The notes below the pieces were generated by a model. That model was not told the DNA's origin, did no database searches, and saw only the letters and a list, made by a program, of their open reading frames with translations. 64,000 nt of DNA. It comes from Octopus sinensis. Lineage: Eukaryota. This document shows, piece by piece, positions 37,380 through 52,269 of this stretch (position 1 is the stretch's first letter; the number at the start of each line of letters is the position of its first letter). A program made the translations under genes and the position numbers. The DNA lies in the NCBI RefSeq assembly GCF_006345805.1, contig NW_021835958.1, forward strand, positions 148,331 through 212,330, read 5' to 3'.

Positions 37380-38810
37380 ACGAAAGAATAGGAATAAGAA
37401 TAATGCTGGGAAAGAACAGATAGAATAAGAGATATAAAGGTTATGATGTGATATTGGAAGAATTGAAATAAAAGAGTAGTAGCAACCAAAGCAAAACAGG
37501 AAAGATATGCTAACAGAAAAAGACAGTTCAGGCAAAACAGATTGTTTGATGAAGTAAATCAGAAGAAACTGCTTCAGGAACTAGATGGGCAAATACCCAT
37601 AACAATGATACCAGATGCAGAGGAAAGCAAGGCATTCTGGAGAGGGATTTGGGACCAACCTGTAGAAGAAAATGATGAAGCGGAGTGGCTGCGTGGAATC
37701 CAAGATTGGAAGAGCCCAGGACCGGATGGAGGTCCAAGGTCATTAGATGAAGAGCCCGAGAGGGCTCCATGAAAGGATAGCACAACAGCAAGATGAGTGC
37801 TTGCAGGAAGGCACAGTACTCAGGTGGATGACAAAGGGAAAGGCATTGTTATGTGCCAAGGACCCTAAAAAGGGAAATGTTGCATCCAACTTTAGACCAA
37901 TAACGTGCCATCCGCTAATGTAGAAACTAATGTCAGCTGCTTTGGCCGGTGAACTGTACAGATATTGGGTAAAAAGTGAGCTGCTACCCACTGAAGAGAA
38001 AGGAGCCGGGGTGCGAAGGATCAGCTTTTAATTAATAATCTAATTATCAGGAACTGCAAGAGAAGGGATACAAACCTGAGCATGGCATGGGTTGACTACT
38101 GCAAAGCATACGATATGATACCACACTCTTGAATAATAAGAACAATGGAAATGTATGGAGTAGCAGAGAATATGAGAAGCCTTATATGGAATAGCATGAA
38201 ATCCCGGAGAACGGAAACGACAGCAGGGAAGCAAGTACTAGGAGAGATGAAAATGATGGTAAAATGATGAAGACAATTCAACCTTAATCCAGTTATAAAT
38301 ACCTGGAACTACTTGAGGTAGATGGAATCAAACACGACCAGGTAGAAAAAGTGCTCCATGGGAAACTGTACGAAAGTGGAGGCAAGAGAGAGGCTAGACG
38401 TGGTATGAGCACAAAGCGCAGAGAGTTGTGGAGTCGGAGACAAGCAAAATCCTCCGAGATTTCCCAATCTAAACAAATCAGGTGCTAGAGTATAACAGAC
38501 CGGACTTGGTGCTGGACAACAAGGTGCACCACATATGCTATATGGTCGACGTTGAATGCTCCTTTACCCACGAATAGTCAAGAAGGAAGGCGAAAAGATA
38601 GATAGATAGATACAGCCCTCTTAAGTGTGAATTAGTCCGGCTATGGAAAATGCCCAGTAGAACTGTTACAAAAGGTTTACCAGTTTGGCACGGCCAGAAT
38701 AATCAGGAAAGTATTAGATTGCTGAAAATAGCGGATAGCATGGTACCGTAGGCTGCAGGTACCATAGGCCCGCTCCAACAAAACCTGTGATAAAAAGAAA
38801 ATTATAATAA
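37380..38810 (+). mobile_element. R4/Dong-clade LINE relic with internal deletions, ending in a TAA-rich tail
   Basis: KSPGPDGG (37542-37772), NFRPITC near 37890, [14 protein letters not shown] near 38085-38125, and an RLE-like remnant near 38490-38720. Confidence 0.8.
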
Positions 38811-38825
38811 TTATTAGTAATAATC

Positions 38826-39009
38826 ACCATCCTTTCTACTAAAGGCACAAGGCCTGAAATTTTGGGGGAGGGGACTACTTGATTATATCGACCCCAGTGT
38901 TGACTGGTACTTAATACATCGAACTCGAAAGGATGAAAGGAAAAGTCAACCTCGGCGGAATTTGAATAATAATAATAATAATATAATAATAATAATAATA
39001 ATAATAACA

Positions 39010-39041
<32 letters not shown>

Positions 39042-39212
39042 AACAATCGTTTCTACTCTAGGCACAAGCCCGAAATTTTGGGGGAGGAGGCCAGTCGATT
39101 AGATCGACCCCAGTACGCAATTGGTACTTACTTTATCGACCATGAAAGGATTAAAGGCAGTACGTAGCAGTAGACGAAATACCGCTAAGCATTTCGCCCA
39201 GCTCGCCACCTT
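38826..39212 (-). mobile_element. Two tandem SINE family 1 copies with the type-2 tail (38826-38965 and 39047-39212), separated by (AAT)n/(GAT)n
   Basis: Both match the 16792-16960 monomer (tttctactc/aaaggcacaag...atcgaccccagt...ggcggaatttgaa). Confidence 0.85.
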
Positions 39213-39228
39213 AATAACAATAAAAATA

Positions 39229-39420
39229 ATGATGATGATGATGATGATGATGATTTCTTTATTGGCAAACACAAGGGGCGAAGACAAAACAAATAGGGAG
39301 ACTACAATACAAGGGACAAGTGGTGTGTTAAACAAGGACGAGTACACAATGAATAACAATTACAATTAACAAAAAAAAATTCTAAGAAAAATCCCTAATA
39401 AGGGGAAGTTCTACCTACGA
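39229..39420 (-). mobile_element. 3' terminus of a probable Tx1-type LINE followed by (CAT)n
   Basis: Minus strand GCCCCTTGTGTTTGCCAATAAAGAAAT(CAT)n resembles the Tx1 copy 1-3 termini. The upstream boundary is uncertain. Confidence 0.55.
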
Positions 39421-39745
39421 CCAACCAAGCACCCCACACATCCTAGTCACCCTGAACTCCAAGAGCCAGGCACCCGTCTTCCCCTCAACCGTTCCGAGGC
39501 CATCTTGTGTGTTTATGTTTTTTAAACAGTGCAATAAGTAATTAAATAAATAAATGCTGCCCCTTACGGGGCAGAAAAAAACTTCTGGACCCCGGCTAAG
39601 AGGCTCCTGGTCTTCTTATTAACAGTTTATAACAAAATTTGATAACATATACTTGTAACAGAAGGGTGAAAACAACAGTTTTAAACGTAACTTATGAAGC
39701 GTCTTCTAAAAATCGTCCTATGTGCTCCGCAGCAAATATAATAAT

Positions 39746-39865
39746 AATCCTTTCTACTAAAGGCACAAGGCCTGCAATTTGGTGGGAAGGGACCAGTCGA
39801 ATACATCGACCCCAGTGTTTCACTGTTACTCATTTTGTTGACCCCGAAAAGATGAAAGGCAAAGT
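39746..39865 (-). mobile_element. 5'-truncated SINE family 1 (type-2 tail) joined to a Tx1 relic
   Basis: actttgcctttcatc...ccttgtgcctttagtagaaaggattatt on the minus strand. Confidence 0.8.
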
Positions 39866-41000
39866 TCACTCTCACTTTCCTTTTCAAGTGAAACTTGAAA
39901 AAGTTGATAAGGGCTTGGTCAAAGAGGAAAGCATCCGTCTTCAGCCCTTTCGGTCTGGTCCAACACACAGCCTTTTTTACTAAGGCTATTGAGCAAAGAA
40001 AAACAGCCTGCCCTTTTCGGCCAAAGGAAGGCAGCGGGACTACCTTCACAATGGACTCAGCCGAGAGCCAGATCTGTCCCACGCGTAACAGCGGGTGTTT
40101 GACATAAACCCACAAGTCAGAAATACTCGGGTACTGGACGAGAGAGTGCAGAACGGTTTCGTCGGGCAAGCACCGCTGTCTGCACCACCGTGTCTACAGA
40201 GTTTATCCAGAACAGGTAGTGCCCCGCGGTAGCACTGCAGACCAAGGATTCTGGAAATTATCCCTAGGCCCCAGCTCGAAAGTTTTCCGGAACAAACCAG
40301 CCAGCTCATTCTCGTCGACATCCAGAATCTCCCCGAGAACGTCGTCGCACTTACACGCCACTAACCCTCTGTAGAACTCCTGAGTGGAACTTCCACTGAA
40401 TGCATTGTCCGATTGGCAGAGGAGTGTAGGCGTCTGATGACACTCTAGGTGCCAGGTGGGAAGAAAGGGGATACCCTTGACGGACCGAGCGCATGATGCT
40501 GAATGGTTCTGATAGGTAACCGTTCACCCGAACTACAGGCAGATGTCACTGCACGTTGGTGCGATCCAGCCACGGAGTACGGGACCAAAACCGACCGTCG
40601 TGAGAACGGCCGCCAAGTATTGATGGAACACCCTATCAAAGGCTTTAGATTGATTCATTTTTGATCAACGCCCCACTCATGCCACTTTCTCAGCTGTGCC
40701 ACCGCTCCTCGGTTTACAGAACTAGAAATTCTCCAGTTCTGCTGCCAATTGCGGTATATATCTGCTAAAAGGCCAACCAGACAAGCTCGTAGAGCAGACC
40801 ATCCAAACCAGGCGATCTGTTCCCCATGTAGTCCTTCGCTGCATCACGTATTTCGGTGGCTGCTATCGGCATTTCGCAACGCTTCGGCCCAACGAGGTAG
40901 GCAATAAAGTCAATTTTGCGTCTCTGACCACCATTCGGCCCAAACAGTTAGGTGAAGTACCAGGTAGGTAGGAATGAAAATTGTTTCATCACTCGTTACG
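39866..41000 (-). mobile_element. Degenerate Tx1/L1-clade LINE relic
   Basis: DETVLHSLVQYPSISDLWVYV...INFFKFHLKRKVRV matches the C-terminus of copies 1-3; CYRGALPVLDKL; an AFDRV-like segment near 40640. Confidence 0.85.
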
Positions 41001-41320
41001 GTGTCGATTGATATTTTGCCTCCCATACCCGAAAGTCCCATACTTCTTCCCCCTGGCCAGAAAGGTTTTGCTCCTCCACACAGGTTTTAGGCATACCTCT
41101 ATTTGTTTCTGCGTTGCCTGCTTTCCTACAACTCGCTCCAGTTGTTTTACATACAACTGCCTGCAAATTAATTTCTTGCTGGATAGTTCTAGGAATTATT
41201 TACATTATTTACACGATTTATATTATTTGTCCTCATCTTGATATACTCTCCAGCCTTCTTCAGGGGTCTTCGGCAAATTCCTAAGGTATTTTTCGATGTT
41301 ATTATTACTGTTGTTGTTGT

Positions 41321-41321
<1 letters not shown>

Positions 41322-41360
<39 letters not shown>

Positions 41361-41366
41361 TATATC

Positions 41367-41398
<32 letters not shown>

Positions 41399-41967
41399 TA
41401 TATAGTATACACATATACATATACACATACATATATATATATATATGTATATATCTAATATATATTATATATATATACATATACCTATATACACATATAC
41501 GTCTATATATATTATACATATATATATACGTATATATATAAACATATATATATATACATGTATATATATATATATACATATACTTACATATACATATAAT
41601 ACACATATATGTATATACAATATATTTATATATATACATATATATATATACACTACATATATATATATATATATATACATATATATACATATATACATAT
41701 ATATATATATACATATATATATTTATATACACATACATATATATACATATATATATCCATATATATATACGTATATATACATATATATATACATATATAT
41801 GTATGTATACATATATATATACATATATGCATATATATATATATGTATATGCATATATATACACGCATATATATGACACACACATATATATGTATATACA
41901 TAAATATATGCACATATATGTACACATATATTATTTCATATATATATATATGTATGTATATTATATA

Positions 41968-42013
<46 letters not shown>

Positions 42014-42040
42014 TGTGTGTGTGTGTGTGAATGTGTTTGT
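41322..42040. repeat. Long degenerate (TA)n/(TACA)n/(TG)n low-complexity tract
   Basis: Direct reading. Confidence 0.95.
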
Positions 42041-43399
42041 GTGTCTGTGTTTGTCTCCCACCATCGCTTGACAACCGATGCTGGTGTGTTTACGTCACAT
42101 ATATTTATATATATATATACATACATACACATACTTACACACACACACAGACGTGTATATATATATATATACGCACACACACACACATGTTTCTATACAC
42201 GAATGTAAGCAAGTATAAAATAAAAAATCATGTCTGCAAATCTGTATAACTGTATAGATATCTACACGTATGTGTACATGTACAGTTTCTACTTCCGCCA
42301 GATTTTCTCCTGAAAACATTGCCACAGCAATTGACACAAGCTCTTCGCGCCTCAGACAATCACAATGTCCGCCGTTTGTCTTCTGTTCTTCGCTTGTGTT
42401 TCATAGACGCCAGTTTGTTTTCCTTAAAACTTGTTTTTTCAACCGTTTTAGCTGTTATTAGTTTTTCTTTACACAAAACAAACGGAAAACAAGATTTATC
42501 TTCCTTTCTTCCCCCCACCCTTGTTTCTGATATTGTTGATCTTGTTCCCGATTTCCTCCTTGCTACTGCTGCGGCTGTTGTTGTTATTATTATATTATTA
42601 TTATTATTATTATATTATTATTATTATTATTATTATTATTTTCCTTGTGTTTATTCCCTTCTCATAATAGACTATAGCGGTATCATACACAGATACACAC
42701 AAACACAAAAATACACACACACACACACATATATACGTATGTACACGTGTATATGTGTGTGTGTGTGCATGTGTGTGCGCGCGTGCGCGCGTAAATATAT
42801 GTGTCTCGTTGTCTTGTTAATCTGTGGGTATTTAGTATTCGCTTTTTATTTGATAATTGCCGGAAAAAGGCTGAAAAAAAAAAGACGTCAACAAGGAAAT
42901 AAGGAAGTCAACCTATGTAAAAAGAAAAAAAAAAGTATTAAAAGCAGCTGTTTACAAATTTTTTTCCGAAAGATCATCGCTCTCTCCACTCTCTCTTCCT
43001 TTCTTTCGTCTCTCTCCACACACACACACACACACACATACATACATATACATATATACATATCTATATATACGCACACACATACACTAGCGTGTTACTC
43101 ATTATATAATGAGTAATGTAAGTAATACTTACTCTAATTCTTTTCCACTTCGGGTAGTGTCAGGTAATGTCTCTGTTTTCAGAATTCGTCTATAAATGAA
43201 ATGAGATACTAATTTTCGGAATATAAAGTTAATTAAAACAAATACCATTTTCGTACATTTTCATGAAATATTTTATTATAATTTGAATACTAATTAATTA
43301 CTGACGTAACATTTTGTGATACTAGCAACCTGTGTAGTGTGTACCACCCGGGGCAAATCACCTCCTAGTACCCGATTTTGCCAGCCTGTATAACTGGCT

Positions 43400-46300
43400 T
43401 CAATATAATGTTTGGCCTTTTTGCATCTATCTTTCAATATAATGTCTAGCCTATTTGCATCTATCTTTCTGTCAGTTTGAATAGTAAAGTTCCAATTGAG
43501 TGAGATGTGATCATTTTCAAGCAGTTAAGGTGGTTTGTGTTCCCATCAGTTTTTTTTTTTTTATGGAGCAGGTCCAACTCCTTGCAGGTTACCCAGTAAA
43601 TATACTGTGCTGCTCTATCGTGCCTTTTGAGATACCCTGTGGGAGCAAGAAGGCTGTACATGGAGACAATATGTTCAATGGCTTCATATTGCTGTTTCCA
43701 TATACGACGTGTTGGGCTGCTGCCATTCTTTAAGATGTTGGTGTGATAGCTTCTTGTAGGTAGGCATTGATCTTAGTCTGCTATGATAAACCTTTCTGTA
43801 TCTGATTTTAAGTCAAAAGTTACCAAACATTGATGGGTATGGAATTTGTCAACATCTGCGTTATTAGCTCTCTGGGTATTTGCCATTGAGAGATTTTACT
43901 TGCCATGCATCACAGAATATCTAAGACAGCAGTTTTATCAAGGCTTTTCATACATTTGGCTTTTTCTGTGCTTGTTTCCAGTACATCTAATTCTGGGACT
44001 TACTGTATTTGGAATTCACTTAGATATTTCCTAACCTATTTTGTTACTGACTATGCGGTTTTCTTGTTTTCCTGCTTTAAGACAAGTTTTAGCAGTCAGT
44101 CATTCGAATTTTTCAGAAAAGTGTTCAGGCCAATTGTGTCAATCTTCATTGTCAATTCAAGTTGTAAGAGTCCTCGTCTACCCTCTTTTCTTTGCAAGTA
44201 AAGCTGTTCTACATCTGCCTTAGGGTGGTGTATTCTATTCACTGTCAAGTTTTGAAATATTTCAGTAATTGACCAGTTGATAATATTGAAACTGTAAATC
44301 ACGAGCGGTATGGCTAAAGTATTGCTTCCTTTTTGTTTCTTGTGTTTAGCTCTGTCTTGAGTATTGCCCTTGCCCTTCGATAACATTCTTTTCTGATGTT
44401 TTCCTTCTCCATTGAATGTTTAATTCCGTTACCTTCGTATACCCCTAAGTATCTATAACCTTCCTCTGGTTTTTCAACTCCTTTATAACGTTCTCTTGGT
44501 CAAGTTTAAAGTTGACTTGACTTGACTTGACAGCTTTCACCCGGGGTGGGTTGAGCTGACTTCATTCATCCTCAATGCTGCATCTCTCACAAACGCCGAC
44601 CAGGCCTGGTGATTTGAGGCTAACGATCGCGTGATCTCCAACTACTCCTTATTCCAGCGGCGAACGCCGTAGATATGGGGATCTAGGTTGGGTTAGAGAT
44701 CAGCCTTGACTGTCATCAGCCAGGTGTTTCGTTGTCCACCACATCGCTTTCGCCAACCCTGAAAGGGAGCTAGGACAATTGCTTCGTAGATGAATTCTCC
44801 TGGTTGGCGACGGAGGGCATGACCCAGCCAACGCAGACGTCTCGTTAGGATGACTTGTCGGAGGGAGGTGATTCTGCACTGGTGTCGCATCGAATTGTTG
44901 GAGACAAAGTGATGCTATCGGACACGAAGGATGCAGCGTAGACAGAGGTGATCGAAGGATTCTAGTCGCTTAATATCTTCCACCCTCATTGGCCATGACT
45001 CGCTGCCGTAGAGGAGAATCGTTCGCACTAGTGCTTGGTAGATCCGTACTTTGGTGGTGCGTCGGATCTCAGATCTTAACCAGAGTCGTGCACTGAGTCG
45101 GTTGAAGGCTTGGCGAGCGAGGTCGATTCGTGTTTTAATGTCAGCCTCACCTTGACCTGTAGCTGTAATGATGGCACCAAGGTATTTGAAACTCTTCAAG
45201 AATATCACCATTGAGGTCAATGGGTGTTTTGTCTGGTGGGGCAAAGCCGGCTGTGAGGATTTTGGTCTTCGAGGCATTGACTTTTATACTAATCTGCGAT
45301 GCAACACGTTGGAGCTCATTGATAGCAAACTGGACGTCAGCCAAGTATCGCAATGTCATCTGCGTAGTCTAGATTCTTGACGGAGAAGTTGTGACCAACA
45401 GTGATACCGGGGAACTCCCTTAATGCATTTGTGGTGATCCAGTCGATGGCGTAATTGAAAAGAGTTGGCGAAAGAACACATCCTTGCCGAACGCCAGACC
45501 GTATTTCGAAGGGTTCGACACTTCACCATACACGCGTACGCGGGATCTTGTTAAGTGGTAATAAGCTTTGATAAGATTGAGAAGTTTAGGTGGGATACCA
45601 TCTGTCTGCATGACCTTCCAGAGGGTGTCATGATCGATGGAGTCGAATGCAGCAGTAAAATCAACAAAGCAGATGACTGTTTTTTGCTGAAAGCACCAAC
45701 GGTGTTCGAGGATTCGTCTTAGGGTGAAGATTTGATCGGTGCAGCCTCGATTTGGACGGAAACCACACTGGTTTGGTCTTGTTCTAGAGTCACGTTCTGA
45801 TTGGAATCGTCTCAGAAGAATAGATGCAAATATTTTGGCAGAAACGTCAATCAGACTGATGCCACCGTAGTTGCTGCAGCCGCGTTTATCACCTTTCTTT
45901 AAGAAAGGTACCAGTGTTGCGTCGCTCCAGTCTTGGGGAAGCGTTTCCGTATCCCAAACCCGGGTGATAACTTGATGAATCGCGGGCCCCAGTATATTTG
46001 CACTATGCTTAAGGATCTCAACAGGAATGTTATCTTCGCCGGCAGCTTTGTTATTTTTGAGCTTTCTCAAAAAAAAAAAAGTTTAACGTTGGCGTTTCTG
46101 TCATTTTTCCTCCGATAAAGGTAACTTTTGCGTACTTGTCTCGCTCAGATTCCATCCTGATGTCATCACTGAACAGTATTACAATTGTTAGTAACCCCTG
46201 TAGTTGCTGATCATTTAAAAAAAAAATACTTCAAATCATCCATATAGAAGAGAGGATTTATAGTTTTGCTAAAAATCTTATAGACAGCTTTTGCTTCATC

Positions 46301-46470
46301 AAGCAATTTGGAAAGATGTATTAAGGCAAGACAAAAGACTAGTGATGACAGAGTCGCCCTGGAAAATTCCACATGAAATTCTTACATCTCCAGCATTCAA
46401 CGATTCATTCTCACTATTGAAAGTCAGTGTAGTTTTCCATGATTTCATACTTACAGACAAGGAGTTTCGT
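43400..46470 (-). mobile_element. R4/Dong-clade LINE relic (same family as 10.1-11.5 kb), split by an RTE insertion into 46087-46470 and 43400-44501
   Basis: Right part: GIFQGDS and a YMDDL-encoding segment. Left part: NTLAIP...YSFNIINW, IHHPKADVEQLYLQRKEGRRGL, HDRAAQYIYW. The sequence rejoins across the TSD. Confidence 0.85.
44510..46070 (-). mobile_element. RTE-clade LINE, 5'-truncated, with 8-bp TSD (AAGTTTAA at 44502-44509 and 46079-46086)
   Basis: KAAGEDNIPVEILK, FRPNRGCTDQIFTLRRILE, FVDFTAAFDSIDH, FKYLGAII, RWLGHALR; (CAAGT)n 3' tail. Confidence 0.93.
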
Positions 46471-46474
46471 AGAG

Positions 46475-47262
46475 TAGGCCTCCAGTTCGCGACCAGAGCT
46501 TGGCCCTGCGCTGCCAATATAATGCTCTCAGTCTCTTTTTTTTGGTGGGATGGGGTTACTTTCATCAAACAATCCCACCTATTTTTTCCAGCAACTTCCG
46601 TTGTGGCTACATGGAATTGATTGTGTAGACCCTTCTTGCATAATTCTTCTTCATGCTCTTTTTGTACTTCTTCCTTTGTTTCCCCTTTTCGTCTGCTTTC
46701 AATACTCCCTCGTTCCTAACAGTCACTAGCAAGGTTTCCATACTTTGGCCCAGGTATCTCATTAAGCTCCCGAGTTCGATACGTACACAGTCTTCCACAC
46801 TTATCAGTCCTCTTCCGCCATTCACTCTCTTCATGTATCGGCGATCAATGTCTGCACATGGATGATGGGCTCCATACATCGATAGGGGCTTTCTTGACTT
46901 CCTGTCCATAACATTTAGCTCCTCTTCTGTCCACTCCCAGGGTTCCATCGCCATACCAAGCTGCTGCGACTGCGTGCGAGTTTATTGCCGAAATTATGTT
47001 TCTGGCATTCAGCTTTGAAGCCAATATTTTTCTCACTCGCCACAGGTACTCTCTTTTTGTTTTTTCCTTCATGTTGTGTTGTTTGATTCCATCTGACTCG
47101 AGTATTCCCAGGTATTTATAGCTGGAGCGAAGTTGAATTACCTTCATCATTTCACCACTTGGCAACCATACGCCTTCGGTCCTGGCAAGCTTTCCTCGCC
47201 TCGTTACCATCGTAGCACATTTTGAGAGTCCAAATTCCATCTTAATGTCATGAATATTCTTA
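46475..47262 (-). mobile_element. R4/Dong-clade LINE fragment (further family)
   Basis: MEFGLSKCA...YKYLGILE...SKLNARNIISAINSHAV; HHPCADIDRRYMKRVNGGRGL; ETESIILAAQGQAL. Confidence 0.85.
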
Positions 47263-47267
47263 TTGTT

Positions 47268-48218
47268 CAGTAGTTTTATTTTTATAGCGTGCTTTCACTT
47301 CACTACCGAGCGCACTTTGAGTGCTTTGGGTATGAGTTGTGATCTGTTGTGATGCTCTTATTGTTACTGTATTGAAAGTGTTCTGCGTAGGATGTGTGCA
47401 GTGCCTAGTAGTGCAATTTTCTGTATGTTATATGTGTTTGTAAGTCCTGGTGTTTTTGTTATGTATTTGTCTGAATATTTTTTTATCATACCTAATGCGC
47501 CTACTATGAAAGGAATTGTTTCTGTTTTTAGATTCCACATTCGAGTTACCTCTATTTCCAGGTCTTTGTATTTTGAAAGCTTCTCCGTTTCTTTTAGAGA
47601 AACGTTGTAATCTGCTGGTATTGATACATCAATTAGAAAGCATTTTTTCTTCATGATCAGTGACAACTATATCTGGCCTATTGGCCTTAATTTCCCTATC
47701 TGTGTGTATTAGTATATCCCAAAGTATGGTTGCTTTCTCGTTTTCTGTGACCTTTTCTGGCGTGTGCCTATACCATCTTTTTTCTGTTGTTATTCCATAA
47801 TGTTGGCATAGCTTCCAGTGTATGTAGGCCCCATCTCTGTCGTGTCTGTGAGTATATTCTTTCTTAGCCAGGACTGGGCAGCCAGAAATAATATGATTTA
47901 TTGTTTCGTGTCCATCTCCACATATTCTGCAGTTACTTGTTATGTTTCTTTTCATTAGATGTTTTTGGTAATATCTGGTGGGGAGGCTTTGGTCTTGTGC
48001 TGCAATTAAAAATCCCTCTGTTTCTGCTTTGAGTCCTGAGCTTCTCAACCATTGCTGGGATTTTTCTCTGTCTATTTTTGTTGCATTTAGTTTAGTCCAG
48101 TATTTGCCATGAAGGGGCTTTTCTTGCCATCGGTTTATCATGGTTCGTTGCTGTTCTAGTTTTAGTTTGGTTTTCATTTGTTTTATAGCTTTGTTGTTTC
48201 TTCTTCTCTTCTCTTCTT

Positions 48219-48249
<31 letters not shown>

Positions 48250-50195
48250 TTCTTCTTCTTCTTCTTCTTCTTCTTCTTTTCTTATCTTCTTCTTCTTCTT
48301 CTTCTTCTTCTTCTTCTCTTCTTCTTCTTCTCTTTTTCTTCTTCTTCTTCTTCTTTCTTCTTCTTCTTCTCTTCTTTTCTTCTTTTCTTCTTCTTCTTCT
48401 TCTTCTATCCTTCTTCTTCTTCATATTGTTAGATAGTAAAATTTATTGTTTATTTTGTCAGTTTCCTTAAATACGGAGAAGAGTTTTTGTTTTGCTCGTG
48501 TTTTGCGGCTATTGTGTCAGTTTTTTATTACTTCTGAAGTAGGTATTTTTGCAGTCCTATGGTGGTTATTTCATAATAGTTTTCCAGCTGTATAAGTCCT
48601 CTACCACCTTCTATATGTTGATATATAGCCCTTCTATGTTAGATTTGGGTGTTGCATCCTTGATCCTGTCATTATTTTCTTGTTTCATGTCTATTTTGGT
48701 AGTTCATTAGTGTCAGTTAAGGATATTGTAGCTGTAACTTATACTGGGACAGCTAAAGTGTTGATACCTATTATCTTGTTTTAGCATTGAGCTTTGTTTT
48801 AGTATTGATCTAACTCGTCTATAGTATTCCTTCTTTATTTTCTCTTTCACTTTTTGTGTTGTATCATATCTAGTCCATGGATTCCTAAATATTTGTATGT
48901 CTGGCTTTGGTCTAATTCTCTTATTTCATTGGCGTTATCTAGCGTGATGTTACTACTCTTAACTAGTTTTCCTCTTTTCAGGTTTGCTTTGGCGCATTTT
49001 TCTAATCCAAATTTCATACCTATACCTTTGGTAAATCCATATACAGTCTGAGTGGTGTTTCCAGCTGTTTATCATTTGTAGCATATAGTTTTGGGTCATC
49101 CATATATAAAAGGTGGCTGATTATCTTGCCGTAACATTGTATCTGCATCCAGCTCTATTTAGCATATCAGATAGAGGTGCCAGTGGGATATTCCTCTTCT
49201 AATGGGGATGGCTTTGGTTTTCACAAGTCCCTCTTTTGTTTGGAGCTGTAGCACTGTCTGCCATTTATTCATAGAGTGTCCTATGTATTTTATAATTGTT
49301 GTTGCTACCTTGTTAATGGCTATTATTTCGAGGACTCACGTGTGGGTAATGCTATCAAACGCCTTTCGGTAGTCGATCCAGGCCATACTGAGGCCTTTCT
49401 TCTTTCTGCGGCTGTCTCCAGTTATGGCTTTATTGATCATTAGTTGATCTTTACAACTATATGAGCCCTTGCAGCCGCCCTTCTGCTCTTCTGGAAACAG
49501 GTTGTTTTCTTCCAGATGCTTGCTCAATCTTTGCGATATCACTGTAGTAAAGGCTTTGTACATTGTAGGGAGACAGGTTATAGGTGTGTAGTGTTGTGGT
49601 TTTGCCGTTTCATTGGATTTGGGAATTAATATAGTTTTCCCTTTCGTGAGCCATTCATGCATTTTCTCTGGCTCTGCTAGTAAGTCGTTAAAGTTTTCAG
49701 CCAGTTTTTTGTGTATTCCTGTCAGATATTTTAACCAGAAGTTGGGGATCATGTCGTGCCCAGGTGCCTTCCAGTTGCTTAGTCTTTACAATGCCTGGGT
49801 GACCTCTTCAGTTGTTATGGGGGTCCAAAGTTGCTCAGATGCTAAGTTCGTTGTTTTAATAGTCCTTTTCTGAGATTGTTCATTCGCCGACCATATTTCT
49901 TTCCAAAATTCTTCCACTTCTTCTGCTGTTGGTACTGCAGTGGTGTCTGTTTTATTTTTGCCAAGTTCTTGGTAGAATTTTTGTGGATTGGAGTTGAACT
50001 GTTTTGTTCAAAGAAACGTTGGCGTTTCTCATTTCGGCGGATCATTTGTGCTTTGGCAAGGATATCTTGCTTTAGCTTTTCTTTTATCTCAGGTAAGTCT
50101 GTTTCTGTAATGTGGTATTTGCACAGTATTTTTGTTTGCCTCTTGTTACTTAGTAGTGTTGATTGTTTACTAATTTCTTTAAGAATCGACAGATC
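47268..50195 (-). mobile_element. R4/Dong-like LINE copy H (RT, CCHC, RLE, 3' UTR) with an expanded internal (GAA)n at about 48197-48421
   Basis: AWIDYRKAFDSIT; CRICGDGHETINHIISGC; NRPDIVV; IDVSIPAD...KYKDLEIE...VGALG...RRTLSIQ*. Confidence 0.94.
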
Positions 50196-50202
50196 TTTTC
50201 TC

Positions 50203-52015
<1,813 letters not shown>

Positions 52016-52269
52016 GTTGTTGTTGTTGTTGTTGTTGTTATTATTATTATTAATATTTAAATTTTATTTCCATTTCTTGACAAGTGTCTTCTCGACACCT
52101 AGAGCAAAGGAACTCACTGTATATATTAATAGGCCATTAAAATAAATACGCTAAATTGTCCATTTACAAAATCAAGTTATGTGATAGAAAAAAAGGAAGA
52201 AAGAAAGAAAAAGAACAGAAGAAACATTAGAAAATAGGGAAAAATGAAGAAAGGAAACAGAAAATAAAT

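Noticed and set aside
41239-41263. Minus-strand CTGAAGA-A-GGCTG...CA, the start of a hammerhead in a Penelope-like terminus
   Set aside because: The second helix II strand and the GAAA are missing, so no complete fold can be supported. At most it is a deleted remnant.
42240-42560. Non-repetitive island as a coding exon (MFSGENLAEV on the minus strand)
   Set aside because: No recognisable domain, no convincing splice sites, and the ORF runs into microsatellite.
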